From: Conexivisphaerales archaeon
Lineage (GTDB): Archaea; Thermoproteota; Nitrososphaeria; Conexivisphaerales; DTJL01
Length of the DNA stretch: 55,266 nucleotides
Assembly: GCA_049509455.1 (NCBI GenBank)
Contig: JBEKZX010000006.1
Span: forward strand, 1-55,266
Direction of reading: 5' to 3'
Shown: positions 36,202 to 45,031 of the stretch, piece by piece
How positions within the stretch are numbered: position 1 is the stretch's first letter
Layout of the letters: every line of letters begins with the position of its first letter
Notes under the pieces: model-generated
Databases searched by the model: none
What the model saw: only the letters and a program-made list of their open reading frames with translations
What the model was told of the DNA's origin: nothing
Position numbers and translations under genes: made by a program

Positions 36202-37785
36202 TTATTTCATAGCCTTCTCTAGAGAGGATCTCGTCCTCTCGACCCCAGTGTCGGCGATGTAGGGGCCCAGGCGGGGACCCTTTTCGCTTCCCAGGAGAAG
36301 GCGGTATAGGAGCTTGAAGAAGTCTCCCGGCGCCACGCCGTTGCGCTTGGCCGTCTCGAATATCGCGTACTGAATCTTCTCCGCCTCTTTCGTGTCCTTC
36401 AGCAAACCGATGAATTCCTCGACGACCTTCCTCTCAGCGGCAGTCACCTCCACCGCGGGAGGCTCGCCCATCACTTCGGTGGACCAGTTCCTGGCCATCT
36501 GGATCCTTTCCCGCAGCTCGGCCGGGGGCTCCGCGATCATCCTGTAGGACTGGAGGCGTCGAATGCAGTAGCCAACAACGTCCTCGGCGGGCGCAGAGGA
36601 CGCTATCTCGGCGAGCAGCCGATAGGGGACGTGCACGGAGGGGACCTTCGGTGGGCGCAGGAAGTTCGTGTACTCATAGAGGCCCTTCAGCCGGACGGCC
36701 CTGTCGTCCGATTCGCCATTGGCCTTGCCGAAGTAGAGATCCTCCAGGTGGTCGTACTCGTCCATGTACTTCGGGATGTCGACGGCGGAAACGTTCCTGG
36801 TGCCTGCTATGCGCTTGTACATCAGCAGGACGAGGCTCTTCGTGGAGCCGTAGCGGAACCACATCTGGGGGGTGAAGACGTTGCCGGCCGACTTGGAGAT
36901 CTTCCTGCCAGACTTGTCGAGGAACATCTCGTACTGCACATGGAAAGGAGGGTGGAAGGAGAGGACGTTCTCGGCCACCCAGTCGTTCACCTTCACGGAG
37001 TCGGAGATGTCCTTGCCGTAGGCCTCGAAGCGTATGTCTAGGGCGGCCCAGCGAGCGGCGAATTCCACCTTCCAAGAGAGCTTCCCCTCGCCGTCGGCGA
37101 GCTTGACGTCTCCCTCGTGGCCGCAGCCTTCGACCCTGCGCTCCCTGAGCTCCGTCCCTTCGCACCGGTAGTGGACGGAGGAGGCCTTGGGGTCCCAGCT
37201 TAGGGCCTTCGTGGTGTACATCTTACCGCAGTTGGCGCAGATGGGGAAGTAGGGCAAGGTGTCTTCGTATTTCTCCTGGCCGGTGAGCTCGCGTATCCTC
37301 TGGCCGATCTCCTCGCTGGCCGACAGGATCTTCTCGGCCTGCTTTCCCAGGGCGTTCCTCCTGTAGGCGTCCGCTCCGCTCTCGAAGCGGTAGGAAGCGC
37401 CCACCCTGTCCAAGGCGTCCCTGAGCAGGCTGCCCATGTGATCGCCGTACGCCGAGTGACATCCGAAAGGGTCGGGTATCCTCGAGACGGGCATGGCGAT
37501 GTACTGCTCCAGGTCCCTGCCGAGGCCCGCGGGGACCTTCCTGAGGCCGTCCATGTCGTCGGTGAACGCTATGAGCTCGCTCTTGACCCCCTGGTCTTCG
37601 AGGGCCAGCTTCGCCCCGTAGCCCCTCAGGGCATCGCCCAGGGAGCCCACGTGCGGTATCCCGCTGGCGCCCAGCCCCGACTCCACCCTCACCAGGTCGG
37701 TCCTGCGCCCCATGGACCTCTCTCGCTCGATGATGTCGTAGGCCAGCTTGTCGAGCCAGGTCCCCCTTCCGATCACATTATCCAA
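36202..37785 (-). CDS. lysS: class I lysyl-tRNA synthetase
   Basis: SGIPHVGSL (HIGH), DDMDGLRKVP, KLSWKVEFAARW, KISKSAG (KMSKS), GPRLG. Confidence 0.96.
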   Translation of the reverse strand: MDNVIGRGTWLDKLAYDIIERERSMGRRTDLVRVESGLGASGIPHVGSLGDALRGYGAKLALEDQGVKSELIAFTDDMDGLRKVPAGLGRDLEQYIAMPVSRIPDPFGCHSAYGDHMGSLLRDALDRVGASYRFESGADAYRRNALGKQAEKILSASEEIGQRIRELTGQEKYEDTLPYFPICANCGKMYTTKALSWDPKASSVHYRCEGTELRERRVEGCGHEGDVKLADGEGKLSWKVEFAARWAALDIRFEAYGKDISDSVKVNDWVAENVLSFHPPFHVQYEMFLDKSGRKISKSAGNVFTPQMWFRYGSTKSLVLLMYKRIAGTRNVSAVDIPKYMDEYDHLEDLYFGKANGESDDRAVRLKGLYEYTNFLRPPKVPSVHVPYRLLAEIASSAPAEDVVGYCIRRLQSYRMIAEPPAELRERIQMARNWSTEVMGEPPAVEVTAAERKVVEEFIGLLKDTKEAEKIQYAIFETAKRNGVAPGDFFKLLYRLLLGSEKGPRLGPYIADTGVERTRSSLEKAMK

Positions 37786-37834
37786 TACGGACAGAAGGAT
37801 GGAAAAACGTGAGATAAAAAGGGTGGGGAGGCGC

Positions 37835-40003
37835 CTAGCGGTAGTACGGAACCGGCGCCTTCTCCAGCGGCTTGCCTTCCCTCGACGCCCGGACCTTCTT
37901 TATGGCGTCCTCGAGCATCTTCTGCGTGAGCACGGCCTCGCTGACATGTTTCTTCGTGTCCTCGGGCTCCGGGTACTTGGAGACGAACTCCTGCAGCACC
38001 AGCGAGACCGCCGTGTTTATCACGGAGGCCAGGTCGGCGCCGCTCAGCCCGTCTGTGAGCTCGACCAGGGACTCGAAGTTCACGTCGGCCGCCAGCGGCT
38101 TCCCGGTGGAGTGAATCTTGAGTATGGATAGGCGAGCCGCCCGGTCGGGCATCCCTACGTAGATGAGCTTGTCGAAGCGTCCCGCGCGAAGCAGGGATGG
38201 GTCCACCATGTCGATCCTGTTGGTGGCGGCGAGCACCACGACTCCCGAAAGCGCCTGGATGCCGTCCAGCTCCGTGAGCAGCTGGCTCACGACCCTTTCG
38301 GTCACCATGCTCTCTCCGCCCATGCCCCTCGTGGGAGCCAGGGCGTCGACCTCGTCGAAGAAGATGATGCAGGGAGACGCCTGCCGCGCCCTCCTGAACA
38401 CCTCCCTGACGGCCCTTTCGGATTCGCCGACCCACTTGCTCAGGAGCTCGGGGCCCCTGACGCTGATGAAGTTGGCTTCGCTTTCGGTGGCCACCGCCTT
38501 CGCTAGCATGGTCTTGCCGGCGCCGGACGGTCCGTACAGGAGTATGCCCTTGGGTATGTTGTAGCCCATGTGCTGGTATGCGTCGGGGTACTTCATGGGC
38601 CACTCTACGGCCTCCTGGAGCTCCCTCTTGGTGCTCTCCAGCCCTCCGATCTCGGCCCACTTGACCTCCGGCGTTTCGAGGTAGACCTCTCTCATGGCCG
38701 AGGGGGTGATGTCCTTGAGCGCGTCCTCGAAGTCCTTCATGCAGACGGTGAGCTTGTTCAGCGTCTCGGGGGGTATCTTCTCCTCTTCGAGCTTGATATC
38801 GGGGAGGTGGCGCCTCAGGCTCTTCATGGCGCCCTCCTTGCACAGGTACTCCAGATCGGCCCCCACGTAGCCGTGGGTGACGGCCGCCAGCTTCTCCACG
38901 TCGACGTCGCTGACGAGAGGCATGTGGCGCGTGTGAATCTGAAGGATCTCTAGCCTTCCCCTCTTGTCGGGGACCTTGATCTCGACCTCCCTGTCGAACC
39001 TCCCTGGCCTCCTGAGGGCAGGGTCGATCGCGTTGGGACGGTTGGTGGCCGCGATGACGACCACTTTCCCTCTACCTTCCAGGCCGTCCATTAGCGAAAG
39101 CAGCTGGGAGACAACCCTGCGCTCGACCTCGCCGGTGACCTCCTCCCTCTTGGGGGCGATGGAGTCGATTTCGTCGATGAATATGATGGAGGGAGACTTC
39201 TCCTTGGCCTCCTTGAATATCTCCCTGAGCCTGGCCTCCGACTCGCCGTAGAACTTGCTCATTATCTCGGGGCCGCTGATGGAGATGAAGTGGGCGTTCG
39301 TCTCGTTGGCGACGGCCTTCGCGAGAAGCGTCTTGCCCGTGCCTGGCGGCCCGTAGAGCAGAACTCCCTTGGGCGCCTCGATGCCCAGGCGCTCGAAAAG
39401 CTCGGGATGCCTGAGCGGAAGCTCGACCATCTCCCGAATCTTCTGGATTTCGTCCTTGAGCCCGCCTATGTCTTCGTAGGCCACCTGGGGGACGCCCCGG
39501 AGGAGCTCCCCTCTTTCAGACAGCTGGAAGACGGTCCTCTGGCTGATGACGACTGCGTCGGAAACGGGGGTGATGCCGACCACCTGGAAAGTGAGCCTGC
39601 CACCGAAGTAGGGGACCATGATGTTGTCCCCTCTAGTGACCGGGACCCCCTCAAGGGCATCGGTTATGTACCGCTCGTCGATAGGCGGTATGTTCTCCAG
39701 CGGTGCCACGACCACCTTCTCGGCGGGCATCGCCTTGATCTTCTTGACCGAGACCGTATCGCCTATGGCCACCCCGGAGTTGTTCCTGGTGAGGCCGTCT
39801 ACCCTGATGATGCCCCTTCCCTCGTCGGACGGGTAGAGCGGAAGGCACTTGGCGACGGTCCTCCTCTTCCCCTTGATCTCGACCACATCGCCGGTCGACG
39901 CGGCGAGGGAATCCATGACATCGTAATCTATCCTAGATACGCCCCTACCCACGTCCCGCGTATAGGCCTCCAATACCTTCAGGTTGACTGAATCTGCGCT
40001 CAA
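37835..40003 (-). CDS. cdc48: CDC48/VCP (VAT) family AAA+ ATPase
   Basis: N-domain RDVGRG; two AAA modules ([23 protein letters not shown]; [20 protein letters not shown]); C-terminal YYR HbYX-like tail. Confidence 0.97.
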   Translation of the reverse strand: MSADSVNLKVLEAYTRDVGRGVSRIDYDVMDSLAASTGDVVEIKGKRRTVAKCLPLYPSDEGRGIIRVDGLTRNNSGVAIGDTVSVKKIKAMPAEKVVVAPLENIPPIDERYITDALEGVPVTRGDNIMVPYFGGRLTFQVVGITPVSDAVVISQRTVFQLSERGELLRGVPQVAYEDIGGLKDEIQKIREMVELPLRHPELFERLGIEAPKGVLLYGPPGTGKTLLAKAVANETNAHFISISGPEIMSKFYGESEARLREIFKEAKEKSPSIIFIDEIDSIAPKREEVTGEVERRVVSQLLSLMDGLEGRGKVVVIAATNRPNAIDPALRRPGRFDREVEIKVPDKRGRLEILQIHTRHMPLVSDVDVEKLAAVTHGYVGADLEYLCKEGAMKSLRRHLPDIKLEEEKIPPETLNKLTVCMKDFEDALKDITPSAMREVYLETPEVKWAEIGGLESTKRELQEAVEWPMKYPDAYQHMGYNIPKGILLYGPSGAGKTMLAKAVATESEANFISVRGPELLSKWVGESERAVREVFRRARQASPCIIFFDEVDALAPTRGMGGESMVTERVVSQLLTELDGIQALSGVVVLAATNRIDMVDPSLLRAGRFDKLIYVGMPDRAARLSILKIHSTGKPLAADVNFESLVELTDGLSGADLASVINTAVSLVLQEFVSKYPEPEDTKKHVSEAVLTQKMLEDAIKKVRASREGKPLEKAPVPYYR

Positions 40004-40021
40004 ACTAGGTTCACTGACCGA

Positions 40022-40525
40022 CTACTGAATCTGAATCTCCCTGTAGCCCTTATTAGTATTGCTTCTCAATTTGAATCGCACTTCGAGTATACCATTGTTG
40101 TACGTCGCTACGGAGGACTGGGGGTCGACGGCCTCCTTGAGGCTGAAGTTGGCGTGGTAGGTCCTGGCAGGGGTCTCGGCGGACACGTCCATGCTGTCCT
40201 CCGTCGCCTGGAGCCTGATCTCCTCCTTGTCGACGCCGGGGACTTCGCAGACGACTCTCAAGGAGTCCTTGTCCACGTACTGCTCGATGAGAGGCTCCCT
40301 GGAGCCGCCGGTGGCCATGGAGTCGCCGAAGGTCCGGAAGAAGGGCTCCCCTTCAGGCCCGAACTCCACCGTGAACCCTCTCGTTATGTAGCGGTTCAGC
40401 GGTAGCCCGTTGCTCTTGAACTGCCTGATCATCCCCTCCATCTGCTTCTCGATCTCATCCATGAGATCGTCCATATCGTCGAAGAGACCGCGGTACTCCT
40501 TTCCATCCATATCTATTGCCACCAT
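40022..40525 (-). CDS. hsp20: archaeal small heat-shock protein Hsp20
   Basis: GFTVEFGPEGEP, REPLIE, VCEVPGVDKEEI, ATYNNGILEV. Confidence 0.92.
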   Translation of the reverse strand: MVAIDMDGKEYRGLFDDMDDLMDEIEKQMEGMIRQFKSNGLPLNRYITRGFTVEFGPEGEPFFRTFGDSMATGGSREPLIEQYVDKDSLRVVCEVPGVDKEEIRLQATEDSMDVSAETPARTYHANFSLKEAVDPQSSVATYNNGILEVRFKLRSNTNKGYREIQIQ

Positions 40526-40526
40526 C

Positions 40527-40579
40527 CTAACTCCTGGTTATCAACCATAGGTTGTAACTAAAGGTTTATTTAAACCTTT
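40527..40579. promoter_or_regulatory. candidate heat-shock operator array and TATA of the hsp20-cdc48 / ArsR divergon
   Basis: CTAAC-N5-GTTA (40527-40540), CAAC-N5-GTTG (40542-40554), TAAC-N5-GTT (40555-40566) and AAAGGTTT-N4-AAACCTTT (40560-40579) over TATTTAAA. Confidence 0.65.
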
Positions 40580-40599
40580 ACCCCTAACCATGAGAAGGA

Positions 40600-40962
40600 A
40601 TGGAAACCATCGACATCATGGGTTCATCCAGCCGCTGGAAGCTCCTGGAAGCGCTGTCCGACGGGGAAAAGAGCGTCTCCGACCTAGCCGAAGCCCTTCA
40701 CATCTCCAACCAGGGCGTCCTGAAGCACCTCTCGGTCCTGATCGAAGCGGGAATCGTACATGAGGTTCGGGAGGCCGACGGAAGGAAGGTGGGGTACGCT
40801 CTGCGGAACAGCGTCTTCCTCTGCCGACTCGATGACGAAGACAGCGAGCTCCTTGTCTACTATAGAGGGAAGGCCAAGGCATCTACGCTGGCGCCTGAAA
40901 CGGAGTTCAGGGCGAATCGCCTTCTGAAACGGTTCAAGCTCCTTCTGGACAAGTCCTACTGA
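40600..40962 (+). CDS. ArsR-family winged-helix regulator (putative heat-shock regulator)
   Basis: SSSRWKLLEALSDGEKSVSDLAEALHISNQGVLKHLSVLIEAGIV. Confidence 0.85.
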   Translation: METIDIMGSSSRWKLLEALSDGEKSVSDLAEALHISNQGVLKHLSVLIEAGIVHEVREADGRKVGYALRNSVFLCRLDDEDSELLVYYRGKAKASTLAPETEFRANRLLKRFKLLLDKSY

Positions 40963-40968
40963 GACCGA

Positions 40969-41295
40969 TCAGAGCTGCAGCGGCTGGTCGGGGTTCGGGT
41001 TGTTGATGTTCTGGTTTATCACGTCGGCCATGTAGTGCTCCCTGACGTTGACGGTCACCTTCTTCACTCCGTCCACCCCCTGCGCCGCGCTCTTCACGTC
41101 GGCTGCCAGCTGATAGGCCAGGATGGCCGGGCAGACGGGCGTCGTCATCTTCAGCTGGATGTAGACGCTGTAGTCGTCCGCCACTTCCACCTTCTCGACG
41201 ACGTTGAGCTCCACGATGGGAACGCCGACCTCGGGGTCGACCACGTAGCCCAGCCGGTCCCATATCTCTTCGCTCAGCTTCTCCTTCGTTGACAT
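40969..41295 (-). CDS. metal-sulfur cluster assembly factor (DUF59/SufT/MIP18 family)
   Basis: VVDPEVGVPIVELNVV, MTTPVCP. Confidence 0.9.
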   Translation of the reverse strand: MSTKEKLSEEIWDRLGYVVDPEVGVPIVELNVVEKVEVADDYSVYIQLKMTTPVCPAILAYQLAADVKSAAQGVDGVKKVTVNVREHYMADVINQNINNPNPDQPLQL

Positions 41296-41356
41296 TCGAA
41301 CGTAACAAGAATGTACGCGATATAATAATCTGCTGGAAGTACTCCATTGGCTCCTC

Positions 41357-42145
41357 TTATATCATTAGGGCTTCGCGACGCAGGTTCGACAGCCTGTCGA
41401 AGGACTCATAGGGGTCGTGGACGCTCTCCACGGTGAACAGGAGGGAGGTGTTGAGGAAGAGGCTCTTCAGCGCCCCGAAGTCCGCCGTCCCCTTCCCGAT
41501 GGCCAGGTGTTGGTCCCAGCCGCCGTCGTTGTCATGGAGATGGAGCTCGGCGAAGTCCGACGACATGTCGCGGACGAACTCCTTCAGGCTGTTCGAGATG
41601 TTCGCGTGGCCCACGTCGAGGAGGATTGGGAGCTTGGATCCCGCCAGAGAGAAGAACCTCTTGAAGTCGTCGGGACGGACCAGGATTCCCTTCCCATGGG
41701 CTATGTCGTTCTCGACCGCCATGTGCTGTCCCAGTGAGCGGCTGTAGTCCCACAACTCCATCAGGGAATCGCAGTTGGTTTCGAAGGCCGCCTCCGGTTC
41801 GGTTCCGGTGTCGGCGGCCCCGGGATGGACAGCGACGTTAAGGGCGTCGAACTTGGAGGAACGCTCGAGGGAGCCCTTCACGGCGTCGATGGAGAGGCGG
41901 CGCTTCGCGGGGTCCGAGGAGGCGACGTTGATGTTCTCGTAGGGGGAGTGCACGGTGAACCTGAAGCCGGCCTGGGCGAACTCGGTGAGCATCTTGGTCG
42001 AGGCATCGGTGAGCCGGAGAGAGCCGTTGTCGACGATCTCGAAATACCCTGCTCGGTCGGCTATGGGCTCGGAGAGCAGGGAGGCGACGGACTCGAACCC
42101 TTTCTTCTGCGTCACGAGGAAGAGGGTCGAAAGGCCTAGGGGCAA
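41357..42145 (-). CDS. sugar phosphate isomerase/epimerase family TIM-barrel (AP endonuclease 2-like)
   Basis: FTVHSPY..INVAS, VAVHPG, AVEND, LLDVGHAN, ELHLHDNDG..DQHL..G.G; TTG 42145 is the likely start. Confidence 0.85.
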   Translation of the reverse strand: MPLGLSTLFLVTQKKGFESVASLLSEPIADRAGYFEIVDNGSLRLTDASTKMLTEFAQAGFRFTVHSPYENINVASSDPAKRRLSIDAVKGSLERSSKFDALNVAVHPGAADTGTEPEAAFETNCDSLMELWDYSRSLGQHMAVENDIAHGKGILVRPDDFKRFFSLAGSKLPILLDVGHANISNSLKEFVRDMSSDFAELHLHDNDGGWDQHLAIGKGTADFGALKSLFLNTSLLFTVESVHDPYESFDRLSNLRREALMI

Positions 42146-42242
42146 TCCGATGCCCCCTACATGACACATCCTTAAAGCTTTGAAGCAAGGAGCATGGGGA
42201 AGGAGAGCTTTCGCGTTGCGGAAGACACGGCGGCGACCATAG

Positions 42243-43358
42243 GTGCCGGAGATTTGGCTGCCGTATGGTCAGGTCGAAGTCGTGATAAACGCCAAGGCCG
42301 AGATTCTGGGGGAGGTCCTTGAGGCGCCCGCCCAAGGGATGGCGGAGGAGTCGCTCCAAGATGCCCTCAAGAAGCTGCCCAGGAAGGAGTTCGTGGTGCT
42401 GGATGGCTCCAACATGGCCCTCGACATGCTGAACAGGCTCACTGCGCTCTGGGGGGCGGCCCCGAAGGAGATTTCTGTGCATGGAGGGGGGAGGTGGGCA
42501 CCGTCGGCCCGGAAGAGGCTGGCCCGCTATGGGTATGCCGTGTCCGAAGAGGGGCCCACCGTGGAGCTGGGCGTCGTGGACGGCGTCCTCGTCCGGTCGC
42601 TTTCCAATATGAGGAAGGAGGATTCGCTGATCATATCCGAAGCCTCCCTCGACCCGGTCTACGGGATCCGAGGCTCGGCGGCCGTCCTGGCCGAGGCCTT
42701 GGGCCTGGGCGCAGAGGCGGTTAGGAGGTGGAAGGGGGAGCCCGCCCCGGCCACCGAAACGGACCCGGGCTGGTTCGCCGGGCGGCTAGCAGAGGAGCTG
42801 GGTGACCCATTCTGTCTTGAATACGTCCGTTCCAGGCACGGCCTGGCGGCGATCAACGTGGGGCCTCATGCCGAGGTGCATTCGAAATCGGCGCAGCTCC
42901 TCAAGGACACGAGGGTCATCCCGGCGGCGAAGAGCAGGCTCCTGGTGGTCTCGCCGGGCGGCGGAGAGGCCGATTCGACCCTCCATGCTTCGTTGCTGGC
43001 GCTCTGCAATCAGGCCGAAGCGGTGGGCGATGATGCCGAGGTCATGCTGGTCGCCGAAGCTGGAGAGGGCTTGGGAAGCCCCGCCCTCAGGTCGCTCTGC
43101 GACCTGGGCGTCAGGCCGGAGAGCCTAATGCACGTCGACGGCTACGAGGACATTGTCATGCTGAAGTGGTTGAAGGCCAACATGAAGCTCCATGTCATAT
43201 CGACCCTCCCGCTGACGCTGGTGGAGAAGAGGCTGGGCCTCCTCGCTTCGGCGTCCGCCAAGAATGCCTTCGAAGACATCGAGTCGCGCCACGGTTGGAA
43301 GCTCAAGGCCACCATGGTGAAGGACGGCGCGCTAACCTCCGTCCGGCCCGCTCAGTAG
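42243..43358 (+). CDS. degenerate lactate racemase (LarA)-like protein
   Basis: IWLPYGQ N-terminus and LVVSPGGGEAD..L....L....GDDAEVMLVAEAGEGLG match the LarA scaffold; cofactor residues are not recognisable. Confidence 0.6.
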   Translation: MPEIWLPYGQVEVVINAKAEILGEVLEAPAQGMAEESLQDALKKLPRKEFVVLDGSNMALDMLNRLTALWGAAPKEISVHGGGRWAPSARKRLARYGYAVSEEGPTVELGVVDGVLVRSLSNMRKEDSLIISEASLDPVYGIRGSAAVLAEALGLGAEAVRRWKGEPAPATETDPGWFAGRLAEELGDPFCLEYVRSRHGLAAINVGPHAEVHSKSAQLLKDTRVIPAAKSRLLVVSPGGGEADSTLHASLLALCNQAEAVGDDAEVMLVAEAGEGLGSPALRSLCDLGVRPESLMHVDGYEDIVMLKWLKANMKLHVISTLPLTLVEKRLGLLASASAKNAFEDIESRHGWKLKATMVKDGALTSVRPAQ

Positions 43359-44458
43359 GTCGTAGGAAGGGGCGGGTAGAGGAGCACTAGGTACACGACG
43401 GCGGCTACGCAGAGGAGCGCTACGTAAAGATATACGTTCCTCCTAGAGGTCCGCGAAACGGAGTCCAAAGGCTGGAGGGTGCGCGTGCTCCATGAGACGA
43501 AGAAGAGGAAGAAGGCCATCCAGAGGTCTACGAAGACCACCACGAACAGGGTGACCAAGACGGCTATCGTAAGGTTCCTGGCGCTGAGCACGGCGGAGGC
43601 GGTGTTACCTCCGTCCAGCTGCCGGCTGGGAATGATGCTCACGAAGCTGATCATGAAGCATATCCAACTAGCGTAAACCAGCGGGGAGAGGACCACCACG
43701 CTCTGGGAGGCCGGATGGAGGTAGCTCCCGATCAAAAGCTGGATCCCGGCGGGCACTTGGAGGGGGACGAGCGTCAAGTTGGCGCCGAAGATGCCCGCTG
43801 CCGCCTGTTGGGTCAACACCTGCGTGTCCAGGAGGCCGACGCCCAAAGCCAAGGCCGCGACCGCGAGGCCTGCAACGGTGGCCAGGGGCTCCAGCTCGAA
43901 CTGCGAGTCACGGTTGACGGCAGGCTCGGCTGGAACGTAGACCGCCCCGAAGGTGGGCATGACCGTCGGGAACCCTGGGACGAAGTATGGCGTCGGCAAG
44001 GGCCGGCCGTCGCGCCTGCAAGTCATGTAGTGGACCGCTGCCCTCGACCCGAGGAAGGCCATGATGAAGATAGCGTAGAGGGCCGTGTCCAGGAGGACCC
44101 TCGAGCTGGAGAAGGAGCCGGTGAGGGAGTAGGCCCTGATCCACCCGTCGACGGTTACCGTCAATATGGTCGCGACGAAGAATATGACGGGCAAGAACAT
44201 CTTGCGTTTCAGACGACCGCGGGTGGACTCGATGTACAAGGCGAGGCCGCCGTCGGTGGACCGCAGGGCCGGGAGGAGGCCCTTGGGCCTCAGGAAGCGG
44301 ACCAGGTCTTCGAACTTCTCCTTGTAGGCGTCCCCTTCCGCGATGGAGAACTCCAAGGCGTCGGACCCTTTATAGTAGACCTCCTTGACGTTGAACTTCT
44401 CTCTGACGTAGCGCTCGACCTCAGAGACTTCGGACGTCGCCATGCGAAAGGGACTCAT
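43352..44458 (-). CDS. site-2 protease (M50) family membrane protein lacking HExxH
   Basis: FFVATILT, PYFVP...TFGAV, NRDSQFE, IPSRQLDGG; the HExxH position reads SRAAVH. Confidence 0.75.
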   Translation of the reverse strand: MSPFRMATSEVSEVERYVREKFNVKEVYYKGSDALEFSIAEGDAYKEKFEDLVRFLRPKGLLPALRSTDGGLALYIESTRGRLKRKMFLPVIFFVATILTVTVDGWIRAYSLTGSFSSSRVLLDTALYAIFIMAFLGSRAAVHYMTCRRDGRPLPTPYFVPGFPTVMPTFGAVYVPAEPAVNRDSQFELEPLATVAGLAVAALALGVGLLDTQVLTQQAAAGIFGANLTLVPLQVPAGIQLLIGSYLHPASQSVVVLSPLVYASWICFMISFVSIIPSRQLDGGNTASAVLSARNLTIAVLVTLFVVVFVDLWMAFFLFFVSWSTRTLQPLDSVSRTSRRNVYLYVALLCVAAVVYLVLLYPPLPTTY

Positions 44459-44505
44459 TTCCTCCCTCGACCCGATTAAGCTTTAAAGGTTAGTGTCACA
44501 GACAG

Positions 44506-45024
44506 GTGGGTCGAAGGCTCGGCGCCTTGTTGAACGAGATAATCCGCAGGGTCGGCGACTACACTGTCCGGAGATGTTCGGGGGAGGAGATACCGGGCGT
44601 GATCCTTGTCAACGAGAAGACCCTCCCGGAGCACTACTCCGACGTCTTCTACTATGACGTCCTGGGGGGGTTCCCCGAAGGGTTCCTAGTGGCGGAGAAG
44701 GACGGGAACATTGTGGGTTACATGATGAACAGGGTTGAGTTCGGCTTTTCGAACATCAGAGGTTTTAGCCTGACCAAGAAGGCGCACGTGGTATCCATCG
44801 CGGTGCTCCAGGAGCACCAGAGGAAGGGGCTGGGGTGGGCGCTGATGGAGGAAGGCCACAGGGCCATGGTCGCCAAGGGCTGCAAGGAGGCCTTTCTGGA
44901 GGTCAGGGTGGGCAATACGCCAGCCATCGCCATGTACGATAAGCTGGGCTACTCCACGGCGCAGAGGCTCCACACCTACTACAGAGACGGCGAGGACGCC
45001 CTGCTCATGACGAAGGGATTATAG
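44506..45024 (+). CDS. ard1: archaeal N-alpha-acetyltransferase (Ard1/RimI family)
   Basis: TLPEHYS..F, FLVAE..G.IVGYMM.RVE, HVVSIAV...HQRKGLG, LEVRVGN..AIAMY, YYRDGEDA; start may be TTG 44528. Confidence 0.88.
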   Translation: MGRRLGALLNEIIRRVGDYTVRRCSGEEIPGVILVNEKTLPEHYSDVFYYDVLGGFPEGFLVAEKDGNIVGYMMNRVEFGFSNIRGFSLTKKAHVVSIAVLQEHQRKGLGWALMEEGHRAMVAKGCKEAFLEVRVGNTPAIAMYDKLGYSTAQRLHTYYRDGEDALLMTKGL

Positions 45025-45031
45025 ACCGGGC

